A stretch of 64,000 nucleotides of DNA from Octopus sinensis (GCF_006345805.1 NC_042997.1:200384001-200448000); one strand, 5' to 3'; shown: positions 25,696-40,417, counted from the first letter of the stretch. Notes: generated by a model from the sequence alone, not told the origin. Translations and numbers: made by a program.

Positions 25696-26312
25696 TATAC
25701 ACACACAGACACAGACACACACACATACACACATACACACACACAGACACACACAGACACACAAAGACACGCATATGCGTGTGCATGCATGTGTACACAC
25801 ACATGTGGGTATATGCACACACATGGATACAAACGAATGCACATGCACACACACATATAGATGCACACATACATACACACGCATGCAGGCACACACACAC
25901 ATGCAGGCACACACACACATGCAGGCACACATACACACACACATGGACACACATGCATATACACGCACACACATATAAACACATAGATGTGCACATACAT
26001 ACACACACACATACACATGCATAATACACACACACGGACACACACACACATGCAGGCACACACACACATGGATGCACACGCATGCACATGCACACACACA
26101 CACATAGATGCATGAACACATACACACACAATCATGCAAACACCATCCACATCATACCAGGATTCGATTAATACTCGATAATGAACCACCAGATTCACCA
26201 GAAGTAGTGTACAAACGTGAGGAAAAGTATATATATATATATATATAAAAATAAATATAAGAGAGTGGTCACTATGTGGCTCACTCTAGCACTAGTAAAT
26301 CCAAATTATTAA

Positions 26313-26371
<59 letters not shown>

Positions 26372-26543
26372 ATATACATATATATGTGTGTGTGTGTGTA
26401 TTTGAAGGTGTAAATATAATTATTGGAGTGGTTGTATGGTAAGAAGCTTGCTTTCCAGCCACATGGTTCCGAGTTCAGTTCCATTGCATGGCACCTTTGT
26501 CAAGTGACTTCTACTATAGCCTTAGGCTGACCAAAGCCTTGTG

Positions 26544-27004
26544 AGGCATGATTCAAATACTTTTACTTCCGACACATGTTTCGAAGATATCACTGGTATT
26601 ATTCCAAAGGAATAAATTGGTGTAAAACAATGTAATCTTCTCTTTAGGGAAGCGAAGAACAAGACATTTTAACAGAAAATGATGGATATGTATAGTGATA
26701 TACTGAACGCTATTAATATTAATTTTTTTTTATATCTAACATTCACTAAAAAAATAACCCACCCCTTTCTATAGGCTACTCCTGACATTATATCATATAA
26801 CCTTTTTTTGAAACAATATTAATAGCGCTCAGTTAATCACTATACATATCCATAATTTTCTGTTAAAGTGTCTTATTGATGAGTTTTATTTCTTCACTTT
26901 CCTGAAGAGAAGATTACATTGTTTTACACCATTTATTCCTTTGGAATAATATCAGTGAAATCTTCAAAACATGTGTCGGAAGTAAAAGCATTTGAATCAT
27001 ACCT
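26544..27004. mobile_element. Fold-back element with two inverted type I hammerheads
   Basis: Arms 26544-26720 and 26815-27004; plus 26896-26983 ACTTTC CTGAAGA GAAGATT...AATCTTC AAAA C ATGT GTC GGAAGT; minus 26653-26565 GCTTCC CTAAAGA GAAGAT...ATCTTC GAAA C ATGT GTC GGAAGT. Confidence 0.85.
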
Positions 27005-27163
27005 GCGTTTAACTCCATTTATTTATTTATATATTATACAAAAAAATTCCACGTAAACCCAAAGTTTCTACCTTTAAAACAAGGAGTTACAACCTCTTTA
27101 CTTGTGTGATTTTTTGCTATCCTGGTAACTGTTTACCTATTTTTCTGTGTTAATTGTTAAGGG

Positions 27164-27206
<43 letters not shown>

Positions 27207-27522
27207 ATATGTATAAAACTTTAGTTAAATATATCCAATGAGAATATTATATAGTGAATTTATACTGAGTGCTCTATTGTATTAAAGTGTTAATACCATT
27301 AAAGTATTTATGTATTTAATATGGGCGATTATATATATTTTATATAATATATTATCATTAATATCAGGAAATCAATATTAGAAAATTCTTCAGAAAGATA
27401 TATACGTGTGTAAAATAATTGTTGTATTAAAAATATAAATACATATAAAAATATATGTAAATATGTATAAGTATAAATATATAATAATGACAGTTTAAAA
27501 GTTCTGAATTAAGTTTTTAAAG

Positions 27523-27614
27523 CATCTTACAATCGTTTCACAGCAGAGTTGTCCCTATAATGGAATCCTATATTGATAAGCATTTATGGACAACTCATCT
27601 GCTCTTCAGAGATA
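27523..27614 (-). ncRNA. Type I hammerhead ribozyme with intact core
   Basis: TATCT CTGAAGA GCAG AT GAGTTGTCC...GGACAACTC TG CTGT GAAA C GATT GTA AGATG; the downstream flank 27397-27530 is inverted at 27966-28100. Confidence 0.8.
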
Positions 27615-30600
27615 TAAAATGTAAAATTTGTATAATTTATCGAATGGCAGTTTTTTTTAAATATGAAGTAATATAGGTAAATGGTGTTTGTTTGAAATAT
27701 AAATTAAAAATTAAAAATTACTGCTTTTGATTTTGTTAAGTACACTTTAGTATGAGAATCTTGAAATTCATACATTCCTCCTTGGTAAGTCTTCTGTCGT
27801 AATCCATAATAATTATGTATAAAATCCATTATATTATCCTGTATTCCAAATATAGTCCAAAGACTTAAATAATATAAAATAAGATTATATGTGAAATCTT
27901 ATGTGTGAAATTCTAAAGTTATAAATTGGTCAAAACATTTCTTCTATATTTTTATTTTTATAATCGGAAGATGCTTAAAAACGTAATTCAAAACTTTTTA
28001 AATGCTATTATTATATATTTATACGTATACATATTTACATATATTTTTATATATATTTATTTTTTTAATACAACAATTATTTTACACATGTATATATCTT
28101 TCTCAAGGATGGAATGCATGGCTGCAGCAATAGAGTGCAGTATGTGGTGAGGATTGGTGCTCCTGCTTGAGGACACTGACCTTTAGACATGAAGATGGAG
28201 ATATTTCTTCCTTCATTCCTTCCTTCTTTCTTGCCTCCTTTCCTCCTTTTCTTCTTTTCTTCCTGCTTTCCTTCTGTCATTCATTTGTTGACTCATCATC
28301 ATTGTTTAACGTCTGTTTTCCATGCTAGCATGGGTTGGACGGTTCAACCGGGGTCTGGGAAGCCAGGAGGCTACACCAGGCTCCAATCTGATCTGGCAGT
28401 GTTTCTACAGATGGATGCCCTTCCTAACGTCAACCACTCCGTGAGTGTAGTGGGTGCTTTTTATGTGCCACCGGTACAGGTGCCAGGGGAAGCTGGCAGC
28501 GGTCACGATCGGTTGGTGCTTTTTACGTGCCACCGGCACAGGAGCCAGTCAAATCAAGTCATATAACATTCAAATTAGCAAGATGAGTTTGTGCAAGTTT
28601 GTATGTAACTTTTAAAGTGCTTCTAGACAAATGCATGCGTGTCTATATGTGGGCATGTGTTTAGTAGAAAACTTTATGGTAAGGAAAAAAAGAAATTGAG
28701 ACTAACGCAGCTAAATCAAAAATGAAGATCTAAAATAACATCAGTTTGGTTAATCACATATAAACTACACATGATAGAGATACATCTTAGATACTCTATG
28801 ATATCACTGTTTGAAAACTGCATCCAAATTGGAATCCATGTAGAGGATAATAATTACATGGAATCCATTCCGTTGATAAGAGCAATGAAGAGATTTTGTA
28901 TTAAGTCTTGTCAATAAACTTTATGTAATTTCATTTACAAAGTAACTGAATCTGTAATGCTTTTAAAATAGATCAGTTTGTTGCGTAAACAGATATTAAA
29001 CTGACCATTTACTGTGCACTGGCAGTGGTAATTGTGATTAATCATATTGTTAGTGATTGTAGTTGTGGCAGCTATGATAGTCATAATAATGAGGTGATGA
29101 GAGCAATTACATGGATATCAACGTCAGCTTTATTCAATAACATGCAGCAGAGTAGAAATAGCAACATTCAATTAATATCAATTTTCTCATGGTGCTTTGC
29201 TTGAGAAATATTTTCCTTCATTTCTGTTAAGGCTATCTCTACTCTGGCAGCTTTTCATAATGATCTCATGCCATATGTTCACCTTGTATATCATCATCAT
29301 CATCATCATCTTCGTTTAATATCGTTTCCTATGCTGACATGGGTTGGACAGTTTGATTCAGGTCTGGGAAACCAGGAGGCTGCACCAGGCTCCAGTTTGA
29401 TCTGGCAGTGTTTCTACAGCTGGATGCCCTTCCTAACGCCAACCACTTTGAGAGTGTAGTGGGTGCTTTTTATGTGCCACTGGCACAGGGACCAGAGGAG
29501 GCTGGCAATGACCATGAGTGGTTGGTGCTTTTTATGTGCCACTGGCACAGAAGCCAGTCAAGGCGGCACTGGCATCGGTCACATTTGGATGGTGCTTTTT
29601 ATGTACCACTAGCACAGGGATCACAGCTACAATTTCCATTTGATTTTGATTTTGATGTACTTGACTCAGTAGGTCTCCTCAAGCATGGCATGTCACCCTA
29701 TGATCCAAGGTACTTTTGAGTTGGCTGGTTATGTGACACTGGTGTAGGTTACAGCTGTAAACTCATTTTATTTGCTGGCTCTTGCTTGCGAAGACCTGTT
29801 GGGGCAAGTGAAATCGGGAAAAAAAGAAAAAAAAATTCGGGATCGAAATTGAACCAATCCTATGACTGGCACCCGGCAGATGCCAGGACCCCTGGACTGG
29901 AGATGCGTAAAAAGCACTATCCGAATCGTGGCCGATGCCAGCGCTGCCTCGACTGGCTTCCGTGCAGGTGGCACGTAAAATGCACCAATCTGACCGTCGC
30001 CGATGCCTGCCTCGCCTGGCACCAGTGCAGGTGGCACGTAAAAAGCACCTACTACACTCACGGAGTGGTTGGCGTTAGGAAGGGCATCAAGCTGTAGAAA
30101 CATTGCCAGATAAGACCGGAGCCTGGTGCAGCCTTCTGGCTTCCCAGATCCCCGGTCGAACCGTCCAACCCATGCTAGCATGGAGAACGGACGTTAAACG
30201 ATGATGATGATGATGATGATGATCTTCACAGTCACAGCATATCTCCAGAGGTCTCAGTCTTTTGTCATTGGCTCTGTGAGGCTCATTGCCTATCCTTCAT
30301 ATATACATATATATATATATATATAGCAGTATCTACCAATATTGGTGCTGACTCCTTTCTTTTATATCCTGCTCATTACTTCTGAACAGAAGCCACTCTT
30401 TAAAATTTCTTACCCTCAGCCCTTCCGTTTTAGATGATGGTTGTCAGTAAATAAATAAATAATGATCAGTTTTAGTGCTGTCTTCGTTTCCTGCAATGTT
30501 CTGTCGTGTGTAAGGCAAAGCATGTACCTCATGCTCAATACCAACAGATGGAGAACTTCTCTCATAAACTTGCATTCATTTAGGCAGCAAACTGATAGAA

Positions 30601-30619
30601 TCTTTAGAATCTCAGACAA

Positions 30620-30785
30620 AATCATCATCATCGTCATCATCATCATCGTCATCATCGTCATCATCATCATCATCATCACCACCACCACCACCACCACCAC
30701 CACCGCCACCACCGCCACCGCCACCACCACCACCATCATCATCATCATCACCACCACCACCACCACCACCACCACCACCACCACC

Positions 30786-30831
<46 letters not shown>

Positions 30832-30902
30832 CCACCACCACCACCACCACCACCACCACCACCACCACCACCACCACCACCACCACCACCACCACCACCA
30901 CC

Positions 30903-30948
<46 letters not shown>

Positions 30949-30952
30949 CCAC

Positions 30953-30988
<36 letters not shown>

Positions 30989-31015
30989 TGTCATCATCAT
31001 CGTCATCCTCATCAG
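30620..31015. repeat. (CAT)n/(CAC)n compound microsatellite
   Basis: Direct reading. Confidence 0.97.
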
Positions 31016-31744
31016 GATGAATACCAGTTGAACACTCCCTGAAAATGCTGGCCTTGTGCCAAATTTTGAAATCAGTATTTTATGAAGATTTTTTTTTAAG
31101 GTGTTGGCATGGCTGTGTGGTTAAGAGGTATACTTTGGAGCCAGAAGATTAGAATGCTGGTGCTGTTAAATGAACACTGTTGGCGACCATAGAGCCATGG
31201 GTCAGCCAGTGTCTTGTGAAATCAGCCGCTGTTGGAAATGGAAGAGGCCAATCTCACACACACAGACATATACACACAAACACACACAACTCTCCCCTCC
31301 CCCCACACACACAAGCACACTCACACACATACACACATAAACACATAAACACACACAAACGCACACACATACACTCGAACACACACACATAAACACACAC
31401 ACATATAAACACACACAAACACATACACACTTATAAACAAACACACATAAACATACACAAACACACACACATAAACAAACACACACACACACACATGTAC
31501 ACTCACACACACATAAACACACACACACACACAAACACACACATACTCACACACACACACAAACACACATACACAGTCATATAAACACTCACACACATAC
31601 ACACACACACCTACATGTATGTATAGTTAAGTGGGTCTATGAGCATGTTTGCGTGTGTGTGTGTTTGTATTTCCCCTTGTCTTCACATGTGTTTGCTCAA
31701 TGTAAACACCAGTTTCATTTGTCCATGCAGACAGTGTGAAGAGG

Positions 31745-31895
31745 ACAACAATGACGACAATGATGATGAGGAGGAGGAAGATGAATGCAATGATGACAAC
31801 AGAAACAACAACGATGAGGATGAGGATGATGATGATGGTGATGATGGTGACAATGATGATGATGATGACGACGACGACGATGATGGTGATGATAG

Positions 31896-31948
<53 letters not shown>

Positions 31949-32014
31949 GTGATGGTGATGGTGATGATGATGACAATGATGACGATGATGATGACAATGA
32001 TGACGATGATGATG

Positions 32015-32062
<48 letters not shown>

Positions 32063-32229
32063 GTGATGGTGATGATGATGACAATGATGACGATGATGAT
32101 GAGGAGGATGATGATGGTGATGATGATGACAATGATGACGAGGATGATGAGGATGATGATGATGGTGATGATGATGACAATAATGGTGGCGACAAAAATA
32201 ATGAAGATGACGACGACGAGAATGATGAC

Positions 32230-32264
<35 letters not shown>

Positions 32265-32360
32265 CGACGACGACGACAATGATGGTGGTGACAAAAGCAG
32301 TGACAATGATGACGAAGAGGTGGAAGAGGAGAAGGAGGAAGGGGAGGTGGAGGAGAAAAA
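31745..32360. repeat. Cryptic (GAT)n array
   Basis: Direct reading; poly-D ORF is considered an artefact. Confidence 0.93.
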
Positions 32361-34211
32361 CTTATGAAATATCTTTAATCTAACTGACAAGAGTCGATGT
32401 ATCTAAAACAAGCGGTTTACAAGGCATCATAAGCAGAAACAATTGATATCAAAAGTGTAGAGCAAAGTCAACAGTGACTGCAGCCGTGTGTGTGTGTGTG
32501 TGTGTGTGTGTGAACACCATCTGCTGTTGTTGTGGTTGTACGAATAGCAAACATGTCCCCTGTTGCTTGTCTGCTGATGTATCTACTCTATAACTCTATG
32601 GGAAATCAGAACAACATGCTTTCGTGTACAGTTGTGGTTACTGTTGCTTTCAAGGGGTCTTGACAGGATTTAGGCAGAACAGCGTCGTCATCGTCATTGT
32701 CGTCGTCATTGTCATTGTCATCATCATCATCGTTGTTATTGTCACCATTGTTGTCATCATCGTCATCATCGTCATCATCATCATTGTCATTATCATCATC
32801 GCTGTCATTGTCATCATCATCATCGTCATTGTTGTCATCATCATTATCATCATCATCATCACCATCAAATACTCGTTTTCCATGCTAGCAGGATCCAATA
32901 AACTGGAGGACTCTATTGAACTCCAATGTCAGCTTTGGCATAGTTTCTTTGATTGAAAGCCCTTCCAAATGCCAACCACTTCTCAGTGTTTACTGGCTGC
33001 TTTCTTTGTGACACAGGCACTAGTGTGGTTGCCAAGTAATTTACAAGACAAAGGAAAAAAAAAAAAAAAGAAAGGATAAAGCCTCTTGAGTGCTTGGGAA
33101 TGTAACGTTCCCCTTTCTAAACAGGAACACCTGAACGGCCAGACATGTTTTCATGGAAGATTGTAAACCAGCAACACTGTTCATAAGACAGCAACCTCAT
33201 AATCATCACCATCATCATCAGCAGCAGCATTACCATCATTAGTTAAAGTCTGTTTTCCATGCTGGAATATGCTGGCCAGTTTGACCAGAACTGGCAAGCT
33301 GGTGGGGCTGCACAAGACTCCAGTCTGATTTGACCTGGTTTCTATGGCTGGTTGCCATTCCTAACAACAACCAGTTTACCTTGTGTGCTGGGTGCTTTTA
33401 CATGGCACTGCTAAAGTGCTTTTACATGACACCAGCATGAGTGTGTTTATCATGTGGCACAGGCCCTGAACTCTTGCAGGTAAATCCTCTCCACGAGGGG
33501 CTTAACATTTCTGTCATGGAGTATAGGTCTTCTTGAGTACAACATATGTATAAAAATTGAATTACACTATTAGGGCATCAAGCGCTGTAGAAACCTTACC
33601 AGATCAGATTGGAGCCTGGTGCAGCCTCCAGGCTTGCCAGACCTCAGTCCAACCGTCCAACCCATGCCAGCATGGAAAACGGACGTTAAACGATGATGAT
33701 GATGGTGATGATGAAATAAGGTGGCAAACTAGCCAAATCCTTACATGCTGGAAAAATGGCTTAGTGGCATTTCTTTCAACTTTATATTCTGAGATCAAAT
33801 GTTGCTGGGGCCAACTTTGCCTTTCATTATTTCACAGTCGATAAAACAAGTACCAGTTAAACACTGGGGTCAATGTTGCAGGCCTTGTGCCAAAATTTGA
33901 AATCTGTATTATGCAAGGAGAATGCATAGACTCAAACTTGCGCATGTACACACCCTACACATGCGTGCTTGAGTTTGTGCATTGAGTTTACCTCCTTGTT
34001 ATAATATTGTAGTCTAATTGTAAACATACATTGCTGATTTACAGTCCTCTATGTAAACATGTCTGGCCTCTGAGGTGTTCATACACAAAAAGGAAGACAA
34101 GGAAGATCATGCAGCCTTAAAAAATCCATATCAATGAATTTTGTGTGATCTATGATAGTAAGGAAATTGAATTTCAAGAGAATGAGCATACTGCAGATGG
34201 TTGTCATCATG

Positions 34212-34248
<37 letters not shown>

Positions 34249-34252
<4 letters not shown>

Positions 34253-34458
34253 AATGTACACAATATAAAGATATGGTCTGCAAATAATTTCTTGCTATGA
34301 AGACACATGTCTAGGCAGGTTTTAATAACACACCTTGTATTTCCAAACAATCTTCAGACACTTGGAAACACAAGGAATAAAATAGAGATTTGCCTAGACT
34401 CGTGTCTTCACAGCAAGAAACTGGGGTAGCTTATATCTTTATACTGTGTACATTAAAT
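34249..34458. repeat. 210-bp imperfect palindrome (MITE/fold-back)
   Basis: ATTTAATGTACACAATATAAAGATAT...TTTCTTGCTATGAAGACAC pairs with GTGTCTTCACAGCAAGAAA...ATATCTTTATACTGTGTACATTAAAT. Confidence 0.85.
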
Positions 34459-34610
34459 AATATCTATCTTTCACTGGATGGAGTACTTTTTTTTGTTGAT
34501 CTTACCTTAATGGAATAGTAAACTATATATGTATATATATATTAATAATAATAATATGACAACAAAAGAATGAATGAGACCTCAATATTATGTAAATAGA
34601 GGAATTTATC

Positions 34611-34770
34611 TATAATATAATATGTGACAATTAGTCAGTTGCCATAATAAAACTCAGAGTTTCGGATGTTGAGCTGGAAGTCTGCTCCAGCATCTTGTCA
34701 GACTTCCGCCCCGACATCTGAAACTCTGAGTTTTATTATGGCAACCGACTAATTGTCACATATATTATAT

Positions 34771-34774
<4 letters not shown>
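34611..34774. repeat. Near-perfect palindrome, about 160 bp (fold-back)
   Basis: TATGTGACAATTAGTCAGTTGCCATAATAAAACTCAGAGTTTCGGATG pairs with CATCTGAAACTCTGAGTTTTATTATGGCAACCGACTAATTGTCACATA. Confidence 0.9.
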
Positions 34775-34809
<35 letters not shown>

Positions 34810-35062
34810 CATACATACATATACATGCATATACATATATATAAGCACATACACACACTCATACACCCATCAGTACCTTCTATTTTTAAAATGACATTCT
34901 CCTCTCCCTCACTGTATATGTTGGATATGCTTAAATATCTTCTTTTTAACCTTCAAGTGTATTTTATTGTCTTTCCTTTCTCTCTCATTCTCTATTGCTC
35001 TCTCTCTCTCTCTCTCTCTGTATACATACATACGTATATATAGATATATATCTATATCTATA

Positions 35063-35124
<62 letters not shown>

Positions 35125-35930
35125 ATATGTATATATATATATGTATATATGTATATATGTATATATGTATATATGTATGTATATATATATATATATGTAT
35201 ATATATACACACGCACACACACACACATACATATATATATATATTTATCTATTTATCTATTTATCTATCTATCCACCTATCTGTCTGCCAATCAATTCAT
35301 AGCTCTCTCTCTGTCTTTCTCATAGACAAACAACATTTTCTCTGCCAATAACAGCCTTCAACACAATTTCTCATGGGAAATATATCAGAGATATTTTTAT
35401 TTCAATTTTATCAGTGTTAATCTGATAAATGTCAAAAATAGATATTTCTACAGTTTGTATAAAAAAATTTATCAGAAGCTTTATCTTTGACCAATTGAAA
35501 TAGATCACTGTTCCATACAAAAGACCTTCTGGAGAGCAAATGGCATTCCATCGGTTACGACGGTAAGGTTCAATTTGATCGGATCAGCAGAACAGCCTGC
35601 TCATGATATTAATGTGCCGGTGGCTGAGCACTCCACAGACATATGTACCCTTAATGTAGTTCTCGGGAAGATACAATGTGACACAGAATGTGACAAGGCC
35701 AGCCCTTTGTAGTACAGATACGACTCATTTTTGCCAGCTGAGTGGACTGGGGCAATGTGAAATAAAGTGTCTTGCTCAAGGACATACCAGGAATTGAACT
35801 CACAACCTTATGACCATGTGCTGAATACCTCTAACCACTTAGCTACATAGCTTCATCATGGCTGGTTTTTGAATTACTGGTGCAACTCATTTTTGCCAGC
35901 TGAGTGGACTGGAGCAATGTGAAATAAAGT

Positions 35931-36470
35931 TTGTTAGTTAGTTAGTTAATTTTTTGGCTCAAAAAGCAAAAAGCAAGGCCATGTAGGGGGACATGGAGTT
36001 ATGTACAGGGTGGTGTTCATGCAAAGAGATCAGGCCATTTGTGGTCAAGGGAGACTTTGAACCGAGTGGTTGTTGGCATCTTCACTATCTCGTCCGGTAA
36101 CTTATTCTATGGATCCGCAACCTGAACGGAGAAAGCCCCTCTCCTTCGATTGAGATAAAATCATTGCAGATAGAGCTTTTCAAAGTGACCCCACAGCCTA
36201 CGCTCTGGAGCAGGAGTGAAGAACAGCTCTTTCGCTTATGATGTTGTGAGCAAGAATGAGATCATCATGGCGTCGTCGTTTTTCTAGAGAATAAAGGTCA
36301 AGCGTCTTCAGCCTTTCTTCATAAGACAAATGCTTGAGAACAAGAACCATGCGGGTAGCCAGCTTCTGGACTCTTTCGAGATGCTGTATGTCTTTGAGGA
36401 GATAAGGAGAAGAGGCTTGAATCCCGTACTCCAATATGGGTCTCACCAGCGTGACATAGAGCGGTCCAGG
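35931..36470 (-). mobile_element. 5'-truncated CR1/L2-group LINE 3' end with (CTAA)n tail
   Basis: LYVTLVRPILEYGIQASSPYLLKDIQHLERVQKLATRMV..LKHLSYEERLKTLDLYSLEKRR is the typical CR1 ORF2 C-terminus; (TTAG)n at 35932-35948. Confidence 0.9.
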
Positions 36471-38973
36471 GATTGGACTCAACCTTATGACCATGTGCTG
36501 AATACCGCTATCCACTTAGCCACATGCATTCATCCTCGATGGATATGCTTCCATGGAAGATTGGCAGGAAACAACACTACTTGTATGGTAGTGATACCAT
36601 GGAGCACAAGGATAGAATGGGAATGATATAATGCATTGATTTCCAGCTTTGGTATATGTTGCAAAGCGGTCTTTTGCCTCTGTTGTATTTGTCTTTTGAC
36701 AACAGTTGCCATTCTGGCACACATTGTAATATTCCATAATCATCGATGGAATGGTTCTAGCTGGCACTGTATGACTCCTAGATGTCTTCAAAATGTTGGA
36801 TCCTTATACCGTCCACTCAGTATCACAGTATATTTACTAAATCAGCACCGACATGACTATCAACACAATCTACACTTACTCTAAACATAGAAAGAGAATT
36901 TTCTAAGTTGCACGAAGAATTCTGTGTTCAACAGGAACAAATGTGAAAAGTAAAGAAAGGTGTTTTATATTTAATTGGTGTTACTGGTGCTGGTGCCATT
37001 TAGAAATCAACCAGTAAGAACACTCTGTCAAGTGGTTGCCATTAGGAAGGGCATTCAGCCATAGAAAAACAGTACTGGTTGAGCAGACTTTTGATCAAGG
37101 ATATTCCAGTCGTGGCCATCCTGTCATTTTGTTTACCTAGATCTGATATTAACTGAGGAGGCATTTGGCACTTATTTCTATCTGGTCGAACAATCATGTA
37201 GATGTTCCCTTATTGGGTCGGTATATTTAACATCACCATCATCATCACCATCCCCATCACCACCACCACCACCACCACCACCACCACTGCTCTCGTCGTC
37301 ATCATCATCATTATCCTCCTCCTCCTCCTCCTAATCATCATCAACATCATCATTTAATGTCCATTGTCCATGAGGTCAAACATGGGTTTGAGAGTTTGAC
37401 CAGGGCTAGTACACTGGAAGGCTGCACCAGACTCCACTCTGATTTGGCATGGCTTTCTACAGCTTGATGCCCTTCTAAATGCCAACCACTCCAGGAGTGT
37501 AATGGGTGCTTTTATGTGTCACTGGCCCAGGTGCCATTTGCGTGACACTGGTATCTACCACAACTGTGATTTTGCTTGGCTTGGTGGGTCTTCTTCTCAA
37601 GCATGACATAATACCAAATGTCTTGGTCATTGCCTCTGTGAGGCCCAACACTTGAAAGGAACCCAGCCACTTTGCCTCCATGAGGCCCAACGTTCAAAAG
37701 GAACCCAACCACTTTGCCTCAATGAGGTCCAACAGTTGAAAGGAACTCAACTAATTTACCTCTGTGAGGCCTAACACTCGAATATTTATATATATATATT
37801 TCTTTATTACCCACAAGGGGCTACACACAGAGGGGACAAACAAGGACAGACAAACGGATTAAGTCGATTACATCGACCCCAGTCCGTAACTGGTACTTAA
37901 TTTATCGACCCCAAAAGGATGAAAGGCAAAGTCGACCGCGGCAGAATTTGAACTCACAACGTAGCGGCAGACGAAATACGGCTACGCATTTCGCCCGGCG
38001 TGCTAACGGTTCTGCCACCTCGCCGCCTTTTTATTTATAGACACATGCACAGACACACATATACATATATACATGAATATATACACGCATCCATATTGTT
38101 GTATTTTACAGAAGCCACACAACTTATCTGTTTGCTTTACTTAGCTTTTAATCAAAATTGTTTAACGATAAACTTTTGTTACATACTTTATAACTAAGGC
38201 TCTCACTTATCTCCCTTCTCTTTGTCTTTTCCATTCACACTATTACATTCACAAATGCACACGTACACACTCACATGCACATGTACACAGACACGCACAC
38301 TCACACAATACATACACATGTACACATTCTTTCATTTACACTTCAATATATTTACTAACATACAGAAACATTGACTTCGTTATTAATTGAAGATTTCTTA
38401 ATCTTAATTAAAGAATCATATACATTTAGATTTCAAAGGAAATTTTGTCAAATATTGATTCATCTTGAATCATAATCTTACATAAATTTTGATATTGTTG
38501 TTGTTGTGTGTTCAGTAGACAACTCTAACTGAGCAGGTTTCTGAATAAGGACATTCCAGCTGTGGCTGCCGACTCATTTCATTGTACATCTAGGTGTACA
38601 TGAGCTCACAAAGTCCCTCCTTACTAAGTATGATGTAATGTAATTTCAAAGAATGTAACTGCTTTCTCTAATTGACTACACAACCATACAGTTTCCCACC
38701 AAATTAGTTTTTGCTCTTAAAGTGACACTCTTGTTAAAATTTCAATGTGTTTACATTTTATCTCCTTGATGTCATTCAATAAATCATGTTCTGTAATATT
38801 TCATTCAGGAATAGCATACATCAAAGGAATCATGAGGAAATATCAGCTAAATTCTGTTCCTAATATTTAATATAGTAAATATTAGAAAACAAAAATTTTC
38901 ACAAATGGTTCATAATTGTTCTCTACAGTTGTTTCAACAGACAGATAGCAGTTTCATACATTAATTGTTACAT

Positions 38974-39240
38974 TCTTTTATTTGTTTCAGTCATTTGACT
39001 GTGACCATGCTGGGGCACTGCTTTTAGTTGAACATATCAACCCCAGGATTTATTCTTTGTAACTGTTGTACTTATTCTATTGATAGTTTTTGCTGAACTA
39101 CTAAGTTACAGAGATGTAAACACACCAACGTCGATTGTCAAGTGATGGTGGGTGGGTGGAGGACAAACACAGACACACAAATACATAATATTATATATAC
39201 ATATATATAAATACATATATATATATATATATATATATGC

Positions 39241-39292
<52 letters not shown>

Positions 39293-39360
39293 TATACATA
39301 CACATACATACTATATATATATATGCATATATATATATAATATATATATATATATATTAT

Positions 39361-39423
<63 letters not shown>

Positions 39424-39586
39424 GACGGGCTTCTTTCACTTTCGTCTACCAAATCTACTCACAAAGCTTTTGTTGGCCTGAGACTATAGTAGAAGACACG
39501 TGCTCAAGGTGCCATGCAGTGGGACTGAACTTGGAACTATGTGGTTGGGAAGCAAGCTTCTTACCACGCAGCCACTCTTATGCCTA
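38974..39586 (-). mobile_element. SINE family A with expanded internal (TA)n
   Basis: Tail 38974-39175, head 39423-39586. Confidence 0.85.
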
Positions 39587-40372
39587 TCATTCATATTCAA
39601 TTAATCTAAATGTGATGCAATACCAGTGTTAACTGGGTTTTGATTTAGATTTTTCAACTTCTTCCCTTGAACAAATGGAGAATACATCCCATTTAAATAA
39701 ATCATGGAGAATACACCCCATTTAAATAATCATGAATAATTAAATATGTAATTATGTAAATGATGATCTATTTACTCCCTGTATTGAAACAGCTGTAGAG
39801 AACAATTAAGATAGGAATCATATGTGAAAGTAATGTTTTTCTGCTCTTTACTATAAAGACCTGTTGTTCACAACTCTCATTTTATCTGATTCCCTATGTT
39901 TATGCAAGTTTATTCTGCCGATATTTATTACACTGCAATAATCTATTGCTGTGGAATGATGTGATAATAATGGAGCTCTTAAACACTGTGAATATATTTT
40001 ATGATGTTTGTGCATTAATTCTATATAAAGAAATGTTGTTAGTTATAGAAGCTTAGACAATACTTTACGTATACATGAATGAGTGAGTGTGTATGTGTGT
40101 GTGTGCGTGTGTAAATGCATATGTGTATATCATCATCATCATCATCATCATCATTTAACGTCCGCTTTCCATGCTAGCATGGGTTGGACGGTTCAACTAG
40201 GGTCTGGGGAGCCTGAAGGTTGCACTAGGCCAGTCAGATCTGGCAGTGTTTCTACAGCTGGATGCCCTTCCTAACGCCAACCACTCTGAGAGTGTAGTGG
40301 GTGATTTTATGTGCCACCGACACAGGTGCCAGACGAGGCTGGCAAACGGCCACGCTCGGATGGTGTTTTTTA

Positions 40373-40417
<45 letters not shown>

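Noticed and set aside
31639-32367. Asp-rich 242-aa ORF resembling an acidic biomineralisation protein
   Set aside because: It is the same cryptic (GAT)n array seen throughout the window; overlapping frames are also open and there is no convincing signal peptide or gene context
36516-36791. 91-aa Cys-containing ORF next to the CR1 fragment
   Set aside because: No recognisable domain, weak splice signals and a non-ATG start
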